Source: Candidatus Poribacteria bacterium
GTDB taxonomy: Bacteria > Poribacteria > WGA-4E > PCPOR2b
Reading direction: 5' to 3'
NCBI GenBank assembly: GCA_965218095.1
Contig: OZ244587.1
Span: forward strand, 5,472,001 to 5,536,000
Length of the DNA stretch: 64,000 nucleotides
Shown here piece after piece: positions 54,113 through 64,000 of this stretch (positions are counted from its first letter, which is position 1; the number at the start of each line of letters is the position of its first letter). The position numbers and the translations under genes were made by a program. Below the pieces are notes generated by a model. The model made no database searches and was not told the DNA's origin. It was given only the letters and a program-made list of their open reading frames with translations.

Positions 54113-54768
54113 GTGCGCTTTTAAGTAACTAAATGCAATGATGGTGAGATTCCATCTACAGTAGCTTACAACTGCAAGCCTAACCTTAACTGCGTTGCTT
54201 GAAAAGGCAGGGTGGGAAGCAAAGGGAAACGGCGCATTCCTGAGAGGGAAAGTAGACCCTCGAAAGTGGAACGTCAGGCTGAAGATGATAAGGTTAAAAC
54301 GAAAGTTGAACTGATGTTTTAAGCCCCGTTACTTCCAAACAGGTTAATCTACAAGTTAAAGCCTGTAACTAATAAAGTACAAGCATAGGGTTATGTCTCG
54401 CTTTTACATAACCAAAGGTGATATGCTAACAACTCATATCACTAGTAAGCCATTGCTTCGGGGTAAAATCAGAACCTAAGTCATCTATAAATTACATTTA
54501 GTAAGATTAAAAGAGTCCCTAAGTCATCATTAAGATGATATGGGAGAGGAAGGCAGCAAAAGCATTTATGCAAAGCCTGCCTAGTGTCAACGTACAGAAA
54601 TGTTTCATGAACAGATTAAGGGAAAATGAGAGCAAATCAAGTCCCTGTTACATACTTGGCAACTCGTCCCCATGTTCTGAATGAAACAAAGTAAAGTAAA
54701 GTGGACCCATTGTCGAGGCCAAAATACAGGAAAAATAAGTAAGATATTTGAGATAAACTGACACTGCT

Positions 54769-55606
54769 TTAGCTCAGATAGACCTCAGCCGGGGTAGCAT
54801 AATTTAGACTCTGGTGAGGTCGCTGTTGATTATAGAAACGGATATATTGAGTTAATCCATCAAACAGGGCTTGCCCTGTTTGGTAAAGTTTGTGATAAAC
54901 ATCTTCATACTTGACGCTTCGCCAAAACCGCTCAATGTAAATGTTGTCAATGGCTCTCCCCACGCTGTCCATACTCATAGCAATACCATCGGCTTCGACC
55001 GTATCGGTGAAAGCATTGGCTGTAAACTGGACACCTTGGTCAGTATTGAAGATGATGGGGGTTGCCCCAGATAATGCGTGATGCAAAGCGTCGAGACAGA
55101 ACTGCCCTGATAGACTATTGGATAACTCCCAAGTGATGACGTAACGACTATACCAGTCGAGTATCGCCACCAGATACATAAACCCTTTATCCATCGGGAT
55201 ATAGGTAATGTCAGCCGACCAGACCTCATTGGCAGCGGTCACCTCATAGTCCCGTAATAGGTATGGGTAAATCCGATGCTCGCTGTTGATGGCTGAGGGT
55301 TTGGGATAAATCGCTTCTATACCCATCAAACGCATCAGTCGCTGGATGCGTTTGCGGTTCACACGGTAGCCAAGCCGCTTAAGATGTTGTGTCATTCGAC
55401 GACTCCCATAGAAAGGGGTTTGCAGATAGTGCTCATCTATTTGTCTCATCAGATGCAGATTGTCTGCTGACTCTGTAGCCGGTTGACAGTAGAGGGTTGA
55501 CCGGGAAAAACCGAGCAATTCACACTGACGACGGATACTCAGTTTCAGGTGGTCGGGTTCAACGAGTGCCCGTCTCTGTTCAGCGGCTTGAGGCAGCTTT
55601 TTTTTT
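54769..55606 (-). CDS. IS3 transposase OrfB (DDE integrase core)
   Basis: YGSRRM, WSADITYI, DWYSR, NTDQGVQF, ERFWRSVKYE, YNQQRPHQSL. Confidence 0.92.
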
Positions 55607-55870
55607 CAACCAGTCGAGTTCCATATTCAACCGCCCCATTTGCTCATACAGGCTCGACTCCCTGTCATTTTGCTCACGCTGTCGCTGGGTCGGGTTGGTA
55701 GCGAAAATATCGCTACCTTGTTCAAGCAACTGTTTCTTCCATTGGCTGATTTGGCTTGGGTGCAACTGATGCTCGCTTGCCAATTGGTTGATAGTTTTAT
55801 CGGGCTTGATGGCTTCAACGGCTATTTGAAACTTGAATTTGGCAGTATGCCGAATCCGTTTGGTTGACAT
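55580..55870 (-). CDS. IS3 transposase OrfA
   Basis: HTAKFKFQIAVEA, HTH..QWKKQLL, ELDWLKKK. Confidence 0.9.
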   Translation of the reverse strand: MSTKRIRHTAKFKFQIAVEAIKPDKTINQLASEHQLHPSQISQWKKQLLEQGSDIFATNPTQRQREQNDRESSLYEQMGRLNMELDWLKKKAASSR

Positions 55871-56121
55871 ATTCAGACCTCCATTGGTGGACGGGAGTTA
55901 GACGTTATTTCTTACTTAACTCCTGGCCCGAATATTGGGGACCATTATAAAGTATGGCTGAGATTAACTACTAAGGATAAAAAAAATAATCTAGTCAGTC
56001 TAAAGGTTATTATCCTAAATAGTAGATAATCGGTAATTGACAGGGCAAGCCGTGTGCGGTGAAAGTCGCACGCACGGTTTAGATGGGGGGGAAATTCCGT
56101 AAGGAATCTACCTATCCATAC

Positions 56122-57152
56122 GGATTGGGAAGGGTATAAAAATCAAACTGATCTGGTCGGACTATCAGTACAAAATCCCTCAAGCGATCTCAACCTATGC
56201 CAAACTGGTTAAGCGGGATAAGGTTGTCGCCATCCTGGGCTGGGGGACGGGAGACTCCGAGGCGCTGAAGACAAAAATTGTCAAAGACAAGATCCCTTAC
56301 ATTTCAGCGTCATTCTCGCAACACCTTGTCTGGCCCCCAAAATGGAACTTCCTTCCCATCAGTACATACGCCGACTAGGTGAGAATGATGATGAAATATA
56401 TCAAAGACGAGTGGGACGATCCCAGGCCGCCGAGAATGGTGCTCATCTACAACAACACGGGATATGGTCGCACCCCCGTCGAGCCTGCCAAGGCGTATGC
56501 AAAGGAGATTGGGATCGAGCTTGTCAGTACGGAGATCGTAGGGCTGCAAGACCTTGAGGCAACTTCACAATTGCTGAGAATTAAGGAGAAGGGAGCGGAC
56601 TGGGTCTTCATTCAGGAAACGTATACAGCGACAAGTACGATTCTCAAAGATGCAAAGAAACTCGGCTTAAACGACGTAATTTTCACAGGAAACTTTTGGG
56701 GGACAGGAAAGAAACTCGTGGAACTCGCAGGGGGTGCCGCGGAAGGGTACCTAGGGATTATGCCGTTTGCGATTTGGAGTGACGACAATGAAGGCGTTCG
56801 ATTTGCCAAGATGCTTAACGCGAAATATCATCCCGACATAAAGTACTGAGAACCTCAATATATGACGGGCATCGTGAACGCCATGATTATGGTTCATGCC
56901 ACCGAATTTGCCTTGAAAAACGCGGGCGGGATTCCGAAAAAGGTTAAGGGAACAGAAGTATTTAAGGCACTTGAAAGCATGCAAAATTTTGATACCAAAG
57001 GCTTGACCACGCCTGTTAGTTACAACTCGAATGAGCGTCGGGGCGCAAAGGGCTGTAAGATTGTGACGATTAAGAACGGGGAACTTTCCGCAGTAACAGA
57101 CTTTCTTGATGCCCCTCCGGTCCCCGAAAAAGAGAAGCGTGGGGAAGAGTGA
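56122..57152 (+). pseudogene. LivK-like substrate-binding protein, 5'-truncated with two stops
   Basis: IKIKLIWSDYQYKIPQA..GWGTGDSEAL; TAG 56376, TGA 56847; no start codon or signal peptide. Confidence 0.85.
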
Positions 57153-57274
57153 CTAACACTTAGGAAGGTTTGTACCAACATTTTATCCTTCTGAAGTTAT
57201 CTCAATCTATGATAAGATTGTGGTTTAATCGGGCACCGAATCTTTTGAAGGTTGGAAAAGAGGAGTCGAAAATT

Positions 57275-59176
57275 ATGTCTGACACCTATGAGAAAATCTA
57301 CGCACAGTCGCTAAACGAGCCGGATACTTTCTGGGCGAAAGCGGCGGAAGATGTCCACTGGTACAAAAAATGGGACAAGGTCCTTGATGACTCACGGAAG
57401 CCTTTCTACCGCTGGTTTACAGGTGGCCTGACCAACAGTTGCTACAACGCCCTCGATCTGCATGTGGAAAACGGACGCGCTAACCAGCTAGCGCTCATCT
57501 ACGACAGTTCCGTCACGGGAACCATCAAGACTTTCACCTACCGTGAACTTCGGGACGAGGTCGCATGTTTCGCCGGTGTCCTCGTTGCTCAGGGCGTTCA
57601 GAAAGGCGATCGGGTGATTATTTACATGCCCATGGTGCCCGAAGCAGTTATCGCCATGCTCGCTTGCGCTCGGATCGGAACTATTCACTCAGTTGTCTTC
57701 GGAGGCTTCGCCGCCAACGAATTGGCGACCCGCATTGATGATGCGAAACCGAAGCTCATCGTCTCCGCTTCGTGCGGCATCGAAGTGAACCGGATCGTAT
57801 CGTATAAGCCCCTGCTCGATAGAGCCATTGAACTCGCAAAGGCAAAACCTTCGCGGTGTATTATCTTACAGCGTCCCCAAGAACAGGCATCCATGGTCGC
57901 CGGACGCGATTTGGATTGGTCGGAACTCATGGACAGTGCGGTGCCAGTCGATTGCGTCCCGATTGCTGCGACAGACCCGCTTTATATCCTCTACACTTCT
58001 GGCACAACGGGCGTACCGAAAGGCGTTGTACGCGATAACGGAGGCCATCTGGTCGCGCTTAAGTGGAGTATGAAACACATCTACGGCGTGGAGACCGGCG
58101 AAGTATACTGGGCGGCTTCTGACGTGGGTTGGGTTGTTGGCCACTCTTATATCGTCTATGCTCCCCTTTTCAAAGGCTGCACGACGGTTTTGTACGAGGG
58201 GAAACCGGTTGGCACCCCCGACCCTGGTGCATTCTGGCGAGTCATTTCTCAGCATGGGGTGAGTCTCTTATTCACAGCGCCAACTGCCTTCCGAGCCATT
58301 AAACGCGAGGACCCCAACGGCGATTATGTTCGCAAATATGATCTGAGCCGTTTCCGCATGCTCTTTCTTGCCGGTGAGCGATGCGACCCCGACACGCTGC
58401 TCTGGGCGCAGCAACAACTTAGCATCCCGGTGATTGACCACTGGTGGCAGACGGAAACTGGCTGGCCCATGGGGGCGAACTGCATTGGGCTTGAGACGTT
58501 TCCTGTGAAGCCGGGCTCCTGCACAAAGGCGGTTCCGGGCTATGATGTGCGTGTACTGGATGAAAACCGCGCAGAGGTGGAAGAGAATCAGATCGGCAAT
58601 ATCGTCGTCAAGTTGCCGTTGCCTCCCGGCTGCCTGCCGACGCTGTGGAACAACGACACGGGCTATCAGTCGTCTTATCTCAGCACCTATCCGGGCTATT
58701 ACCTGACAGCGGATGCCGGTTACAAAGATGAGGAAGGCTACCTATGGGTCATGAGCCGCACGGACGACATCATCAACGTGGCTGGACACCGCCTTTCGAC
58801 CGGCGCGATGGAGGAAGTCCTGGCGGCTCATCCCGACGTGGCTGAATGCGCCGTCGTCGGGGTCGCGGATGAGATCAAGGGGGAAGTTCCGATAGGCTTT
58901 ATTGTGCTGAAAGCCGGCGCTCAGCGCACCGACAATGTAATCATTCAGGAGCTTGTCCAGATGGTGCGCGAGAAGATTGGCCCCATCGCCTCCTTCCGGA
59001 TGGCGACCGTGGTGCAGTGGCTCCCCAAAACGCGGTCGGGCAAGATTCTGCGCGGGACCATGAAACAGATTGCCGATGGGGTCGAATACCGTATGCCGGC
59101 GACAATCGATGACCCGGCCATCTTGGACGAAATCACCGAAGCCCTGGCAGCTTTGGGATACCCGCGTCAAGAATAG
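57275..59176 (+). CDS. prpE: Propionyl-CoA synthetase
   Basis: YRWFTGG..N.CYNALD, YTSGTTGVPKGVVRD, DHWWQTETG, INVAGHRLSTG, PKTRSGKILR. Confidence 0.9.
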   Translation: MSDTYEKIYAQSLNEPDTFWAKAAEDVHWYKKWDKVLDDSRKPFYRWFTGGLTNSCYNALDLHVENGRANQLALIYDSSVTGTIKTFTYRELRDEVACFAGVLVAQGVQKGDRVIIYMPMVPEAVIAMLACARIGTIHSVVFGGFAANELATRIDDAKPKLIVSASCGIEVNRIVSYKPLLDRAIELAKAKPSRCIILQRPQEQASMVAGRDLDWSELMDSAVPVDCVPIAATDPLYILYTSGTTGVPKGVVRDNGGHLVALKWSMKHIYGVETGEVYWAASDVGWVVGHSYIVYAPLFKGCTTVLYEGKPVGTPDPGAFWRVISQHGVSLLFTAPTAFRAIKREDPNGDYVRKYDLSRFRMLFLAGERCDPDTLLWAQQQLSIPVIDHWWQTETGWPMGANCIGLETFPVKPGSCTKAVPGYDVRVLDENRAEVEENQIGNIVVKLPLPPGCLPTLWNNDTGYQSSYLSTYPGYYLTADAGYKDEEGYLWVMSRTDDIINVAGHRLSTGAMEEVLAAHPDVAECAVVGVADEIKGEVPIGFIVLKAGAQRTDNVIIQELVQMVREKIGPIASFRMATVVQWLPKTRSGKILRGTMKQIADGVEYRMPATIDDPAILDEITEALAALGYPRQE

Positions 59177-59378
59177 TGGAAAGTGTAAAGTGGGAAGTTT
59201 TCTTGCCAGCGACTTCAGAGGGTGTTTGAACCAATCTTCGAAAGGTTACAATCCCGATTTGCCACGGTTTTGGGCATAAGATGGTCAAATTTTTCGACGA
59301 ACCCATCCCAAAATGAACCTTCCGAAGGGTTTCGCCGGACCTAACAAACGGGCTCTCAGGTGTTCAGGAAGTGATGAA

Positions 59379-60173
59379 ATGCTCTCACTAAACAACATCG
59401 AAGTCATTTACAACAAAGTCATCCTCGTCCTGAAAGGGGTGTCCCTTGAAGTCCCTGAGGGTGCTGTTATTTGCCTGCTCGGGGCGAACGGTGCGGGAAA
59501 GACGACAACTCTCAAAGCCATTTCGGGACTCCTAAAAGAAGAAGATGGTCAAGTCAGCGATGGATCGGTTGAATTCGACAGTATCAGGCTTGATGAAAAG
59601 GGCGCGGAGGACATCGTGCGGGCCGGCATTTCTCAGGTTATGGAGGGCAGACGAGTTTTTGTACACTTGACCGTCGAAGAAAACCTCAAAGCCGGTGCCT
59701 TCTCAAGAAAAGACAAGGGGTACATGAAACGGGATATAGAAGGGGTCTATTCTTACTTCCCACGCCTGAAAGCACTCAGGCACAGGATCTCAGGATACCT
59801 TTCAGGTGGGGAGCAACAGATGCTGGCAATTGGTAGGGCGCTTATGGCTCGCCCAAAATTGATGTTGCTTGATGAGCCATCACTCGGACTTGCGCCGTTA
59901 CTTATCGAGGAAATCTTTGATATTGTGAAAACGATAAATCATGAGGAGGGCGTGAGTGTTCTCCTTGTTGAGCAAAATGTGATGGCTGCACTGGAAATTG
60001 CCTCCCACGGTTACATTATGGAAAACGGCAGGATAGTCATGGATGGCTCTGCTGAGAAACTCAAGACAAATCCTGATGTCAAAGAGTTTTATCTCGGCCT
60101 GACAGAATTTGGTCAAAAAAAGGGCTTCAGAGGTATAAAGTATTACAAGCGGAGAAAGCGATGGCTGACATGA
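59379..60173 (+). CDS. livF: LivF-like ABC ATPase
   Basis: GANGAGKTT, LSGGEQQMLA, LDEPSLGLAP. Confidence 0.9.
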   Translation: MLSLNNIEVIYNKVILVLKGVSLEVPEGAVICLLGANGAGKTTTLKAISGLLKEEDGQVSDGSVEFDSIRLDEKGAEDIVRAGISQVMEGRRVFVHLTVEENLKAGAFSRKDKGYMKRDIEGVYSYFPRLKALRHRISGYLSGGEQQMLAIGRALMARPKLMLLDEPSLGLAPLLIEEIFDIVKTINHEEGVSVLLVEQNVMAALEIASHGYIMENGRIVMDGSAEKLKTNPDVKEFYLGLTEFGQKKGFRGIKYYKRRKRWLT

Positions 60174-60239
60174 GGCAATCCTTGCGAAGGTTTGAAACCT
60201 TTGCAAGGTTGAGTACTGCCTCTCGATCAAGAGGGCAAA

Positions 60240-61454
60240 ATGGATAAAGACGAACTTCTAAGGAACAGAACAGAAAAACTCCGATAGACAGTCAAATACG
60301 CTTATAAAAACTCGCCTGCCTTTAGGGAACGGCTCGATAGCGTGGGGCTTGCACCTGAGAAGATCCGAGAGATTAAAGACCTCGATAGGGTTCCCGTCGT
60401 ACGAAAGGATGACCTTGTTGACTTGCAGGCAAAGGCCCCTCCCTTTGGCGGTTTGCACCCTGTGAACCTCCATCACCTGAAAAGGATTTTTCAATCACCG
60501 GGCCCAATTTATGACCCACAGGGGCACTCCGAGGATTACTGGAGATGGGAAGAGCCGCTGAGGATTTCGGGGTTTGGAAAAGGCGATATTGCCATCAATA
60601 CTTTTTCCTGCCATCTTTCACCAGCGGGTTTTATGTTCGATGATGGTCTCCGGGCCGTCGGGGCAACCGTGGTTCCCACGGGCGTTGGGAATACAGAGAT
60701 TCAGGTGAAAATCATCGCTGACCTCCAAGCGACCGGGTTTGTCGGAACGCCGAGTTTCCTATTAACACTTCTGAATAAGGCGAAGGAACTCGGCTCGGAT
60801 TTCACGATACAGAAAGCCTTTGTTGCCGCGGAGCCTTTTACGCCCACGCAGCGCGGGATTTTTCAGGCGCACGGTATCGATGTATATCAAGGGTATGGAA
60901 CGGCGGATGTCGGGTGCATCGCTTTTGAATGCGAAAAGAAAGAAGGCATGCACATATCGACGGACTTCATTCTTGAAATTGTTGACCCCAATACAGGGAA
61001 ACAGCTCCCACCGCAGGAAGTGGGTGAGGTGGTAGTCACATTATTTGATGAAACATATCCTTTAATCCGGTTTGGTACGGGGGATCTATCACAATTAATA
61101 TCAGTGGATTGTCCTTGTGGACTTGTCATGGAAAGAATTGCAGGTTTTATAGGCAGAATCGGTGAGGCAGTCAAGATCAGGGGGATGTTTGTGCATCTCA
61201 GGCAGGTAGCGGAGGTGATTTCCAGCTTTCCTAAACTTGGTGCCTTTGTCCTTGAAATCACGCAAGAACATGATCGGGATTTCATGAAATTGAAGGTTGA
61301 GACGAAATATCTTGAGTCTTCAGAGAGAGTTCTTGGAGAGCTTGAAGAAAGAATACAAGATGTTTTAAGGTTAAAAGCCGACAACATAGAGTTTGTTTTG
61401 AAGGAGACTTTAAAGTCAGCCCCAAAAATAATTGACAAAAGAGAATGGAAATAA
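60240..61454 (+). pseudogene. Phenylacetate-CoA ligase (PaaK-like) with early in-frame stop
   Basis: MDKD..EKLR*TVKYAY (TAG 60285), SPGPIYDP, YGTAD, LIRFGTGD. Confidence 0.8.
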
Positions 61455-61469
61455 TATGGAGGAGAACTC

Positions 61470-62510
61470 ATGTCACACGAACACTTACTTCCTACTACCG
61501 TTATTGGTTCACACGCGCTGCCAGGCTGGTTTTGGACAGCGATGGATGCGCAGAAACGCGGTGAGTATGGGCCTACCGACGAGCGAGAGGTTTACGATGA
61601 TGCTGTCCGGCTGGCAATCTGGGATCAGAAGGAAGCCGGCATCGACACCATCACGGATGGCGAAATGCGCCGGTGGTATTTCGTGCAAAATTTCTACGGA
61701 CGGATGGAGGGATTAATTGAACGACCTGTCCTCCGCCAAACTGGATTGTATGCGTACGATAGCGTGCCACGGTATCATATCAGCGATCGTGTGCAGGTTC
61801 CGGCGGGGCTGGGCATCGTTGACGAATTTCGATTTCTGAAGGTGAACGCCGGGGAGGGACAACGAATTAAGGCGTGTTGTCCGGGGCCGCTGACCCTGAC
61901 GATGCACATCCAGATCGGCGAAGGCGATCCGTACAAAGATCGCGTCGAGCTTGGATGGGAGTTCGCTGAAGTGGTGAACCGGGAATTGAAAGCCCTTGAA
62001 GCGGAGGGATGTACGGAGGTTCAACTTGATGAGCCAAGTTTCGGCATCATCCCCGGCAAGCTCGAAGATTGGGTGGCGTTGCTCAATCGGGCGTTTGATG
62101 GGGTGTCGGCGCGAAAGAACCTGCACATCTGCTTCGGTAACCTAGGATCTCGTCCCCGTGGAAAGCGTCGATATGACTGGATGTTCCCGGCGCTGCTGGA
62201 CATGAATGCCGACTGCTTATCAATGGAGTTTGCCAACCGCGAAATGGTGGAACACGACATCTACGCCCGATTCGAGGGACAGTTTGACTTCATGGCGGGC
62301 GTAGTGGACATCAAGAGTTTTTGGAACGAACCACCCGAGGAGGTCGCCAACCATATCCGTCAGGTCTTGCAACACTGTCCCGCCGAACGGTTGAGTGTCT
62401 CGCCCGATTGCGGGTTCTTCCAACTTCCGCGCTGGCTGTGTCGGCTGAAGCTTCAAAATCTCGTTGCTGGTGCCCACATTGTCCGCGCTGAATTGGAAGG
62501 TAGGTCGTGA
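61470..62510 (+). CDS. Cobalamin-independent methionine synthase II family (MetE C-terminal domain only)
   Basis: TTVIGS, TDGEMRR, QLDEP, HICFGN, SPDCG. Confidence 0.85.
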   Translation: MSHEHLLPTTVIGSHALPGWFWTAMDAQKRGEYGPTDEREVYDDAVRLAIWDQKEAGIDTITDGEMRRWYFVQNFYGRMEGLIERPVLRQTGLYAYDSVPRYHISDRVQVPAGLGIVDEFRFLKVNAGEGQRIKACCPGPLTLTMHIQIGEGDPYKDRVELGWEFAEVVNRELKALEAEGCTEVQLDEPSFGIIPGKLEDWVALLNRAFDGVSARKNLHICFGNLGSRPRGKRRYDWMFPALLDMNADCLSMEFANREMVEHDIYARFEGQFDFMAGVVDIKSFWNEPPEEVANHIRQVLQHCPAERLSVSPDCGFFQLPRWLCRLKLQNLVAGAHIVRAELEGRS

Positions 62511-62979
62511 AAACGCAGTACACCGAACAGAACCTAGTGATCGCGTGCATGTCCCGAAAGGATTGGACACCTCTGTATCTCCTCTGTTGCCCCCCAGAAT
62601 TGGTGAGTTGAAGAGAAGGACTTCGATGCCTACATCAAACCCTATATAGACTTATGAAAAGAACCACGTAGAGCCTATCCGAAGTGTCAGCATAGCCATC
62701 TAGGATCAGAAGGTGATATTTCACAATTTTCTGGCTGCTTAACGTCAGCGATTTGCGGGATTAGCTATCTGTCACATCAGGAATTTCATCGAACTTAGGC
62801 CTGATGACGAAGGTTCTTCCCGAGATTTTTCACCTTCCTGCACTTTGACGTTACGGGTGAGTCGTGCTTTGAGTTGTTCAATACGCTTCTGATAATCCGT
62901 TCTCATAATCCGTTCTCAAGATCAAAGCTTCGGCTAATTTCATTGACTTTTACCTCGATTGTATGTGTAGCTATACCTT

Positions 62980-63768
62980 CTATTTAAGATATTTGCCGGG
63001 AATGCGAGAGCCGAGATACACCCCATTCGCATCCCGATTGGCAATGACCTTGGGAATATCGCCATCCCAATAGGCGGGAGCCGTGGTGGTGGGTCGCCTG
63101 TGCCAGGCGAGGATTAGGGTTCTTCGCTGATCTGTCAGGTTTCTGTGCGCCGAGTGCAAGACGCGGGCATCCGCCAGGACGAGCGAGCCTGCTGAGGCGC
63201 ATACATTGACCTGATCCGGATGATCGCTGAACATAATCGGATGGTCTTCTTCTATAAATCGAGCGCCTTGCTCGTGGGCGGGAACGAGTTGATCGTGCAA
63301 CGGAATTCGCTTGTGATGGGTTCCGGGGATAACTTTGAGACAGCCGTTTTCAATCGTTGTATCACTCAAATAGTAATTCAGAAACATGATCTGCGGCCAT
63401 GGCGAACAAGTGATTGGATCGTTCCATTGCATCCAATCTTGGTGCCAATAGAGCGCCGGCTCTCCTGGATCTTTGGTAAGGATGATAATTCCCCCGGTAC
63501 TCTCGAAATCTCCAAAACCGAGTTGTTCTAGCGCTTGGCGCGACGGTCTCCAGTCCAACAACTTCTGAATGATCCCGTTGTCTGCCCCACGCACATTGAC
63601 GTGTTGACCCTGATACCTCACATCAGGCGGCGGCTCATGCGCATCGATTAAACGCTCCGATTCTTCTCGGAGTTCCTGCAGAAAATCTTCGGTCAAGATG
63701 TCGTCTATCACGCAGTAACCATCGCGCATCATCTGTTCTCGCTTTTCTACGGCTGCCTCTGGCGTCAC
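62980..63768 (-). CDS. Phytanoyl-CoA dioxygenase (PhyH) family
   Basis: WHQD, ENGCLKVIPGTH, VLHSAH.N. Confidence 0.9.
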   Translation of the reverse strand: MTPEAAVEKREQMMRDGYCVIDDILTEDFLQELREESERLIDAHEPPPDVRYQGQHVNVRGADNGIIQKLLDWRPSRQALEQLGFGDFESTGGIIILTKDPGEPALYWHQDWMQWNDPITCSPWPQIMFLNYYLSDTTIENGCLKVIPGTHHKRIPLHDQLVPAHEQGARFIEEDHPIMFSDHPDQVNVCASAGSLVLADARVLHSAHRNLTDQRRTLILAWHRRPTTTAPAYWDGDIPKVIANRDANGVYLGSRIPGKYLK

Positions 63769-64000
63769 GTTACTCTCCTTTACATTATAATCTTTTGGTG
63801 CCTACATGAATGCTCAATGCGTATTGTAACGGTGTTGAGTTGCCTCCCGCGCAGAACGAAAAAGCGAAGCTGGCCGCGTGAGGTCAGAGCGAGCGCACGT
63901 CCACCTAACGCTAGGGTTGAACTGCAACGCCAAGAAATGCGCCCGTTAAGTCCCCAAGCTTCTCGCTGTTAACTTCACCCCATTTTAGCATTTTTCTTTT

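Larger units (their letters stand above)
54697..55949 (-). mobile_element. IS3-family insertion sequence
   Basis: Imperfect IRs TATAATGGTCCCC..GGCCA / TAAAGTGGACCC..GGCCA; 3-bp AAG flanking both ends; orfA and orfB. Confidence 0.9.
54113..56121 (+). mobile_element. ORF-less group II intron interrupted by IS3
   Basis: 5' GTGCG; EBS1 AACAAC (54428-54433) in a GTGATATG/CATATCAC hairpin loop, complementary to exon GTTGTT (54107-54112); domain V AGCCGTGTGCGGTGAAAGTCGCACGCACGGTT at about 56047; domain VI ending ..ATAC. Confidence 0.88.

Noticed and set aside
54113-56121. Retron, DGR or other RT-based system
   Set aside because: No reverse transcriptase ORF; the only ORFs belong to the IS3
324-60287. 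Stop-codon reassignment (many in-frame TAG)
   Set aside because: Internal stops include TAG, TGA and TAA, fall where Q, W or R are variously expected, co-occur with frameshifts, and TAG also ends normal genes
1-64000. tRNA or rRNA genes, prophage, integrase
   Set aside because: None recognised by eye; tRNAscan-SE would be needed to exclude tRNAs

Overview
Bacterial chromosomal window, probably Candidatus Poribacteria (inferred from several PhyH dioxygenases, Gfo/Idh/MocA oxidoreductases, an Asp-box sialidase-like protein and a LamG-like protein ending VEPADKFTTTWGGVK). Mostly catabolic and transport genes, many broken by single nonsense transitions or small frameshifts. The centre (about 24-36.8 kb) is a defence island. 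A minus-strand CBASS operon (patatin phospholipase, CD-NTase, E2-like/SEC-C protein) is transcribed divergently from one ORF that fuses a Deinococcus-type DdrO repressor (L106-R107 cleavage site conserved) to a complete three-domain IrrE/PprI metalloprotease. A type I restriction-modification system follows. This DdrO-IrrE/CBASS module sits between two copies of the hsdM 5' end and is the best candidate for a new system: a one-gene, damage-sensing proteolytic switch on CBASS. Also present: an ORF-less group II intron carrying an IS3 whose two exons belong to different genes (implied deletion), an attC-bounded gene cassette with no integrase in the window, a 15x9-bp start-codon repeat, and short repeats inserted in frame into coding sequences. 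All family assignments come from motifs read by eye and remembered sequences; no searches were run.
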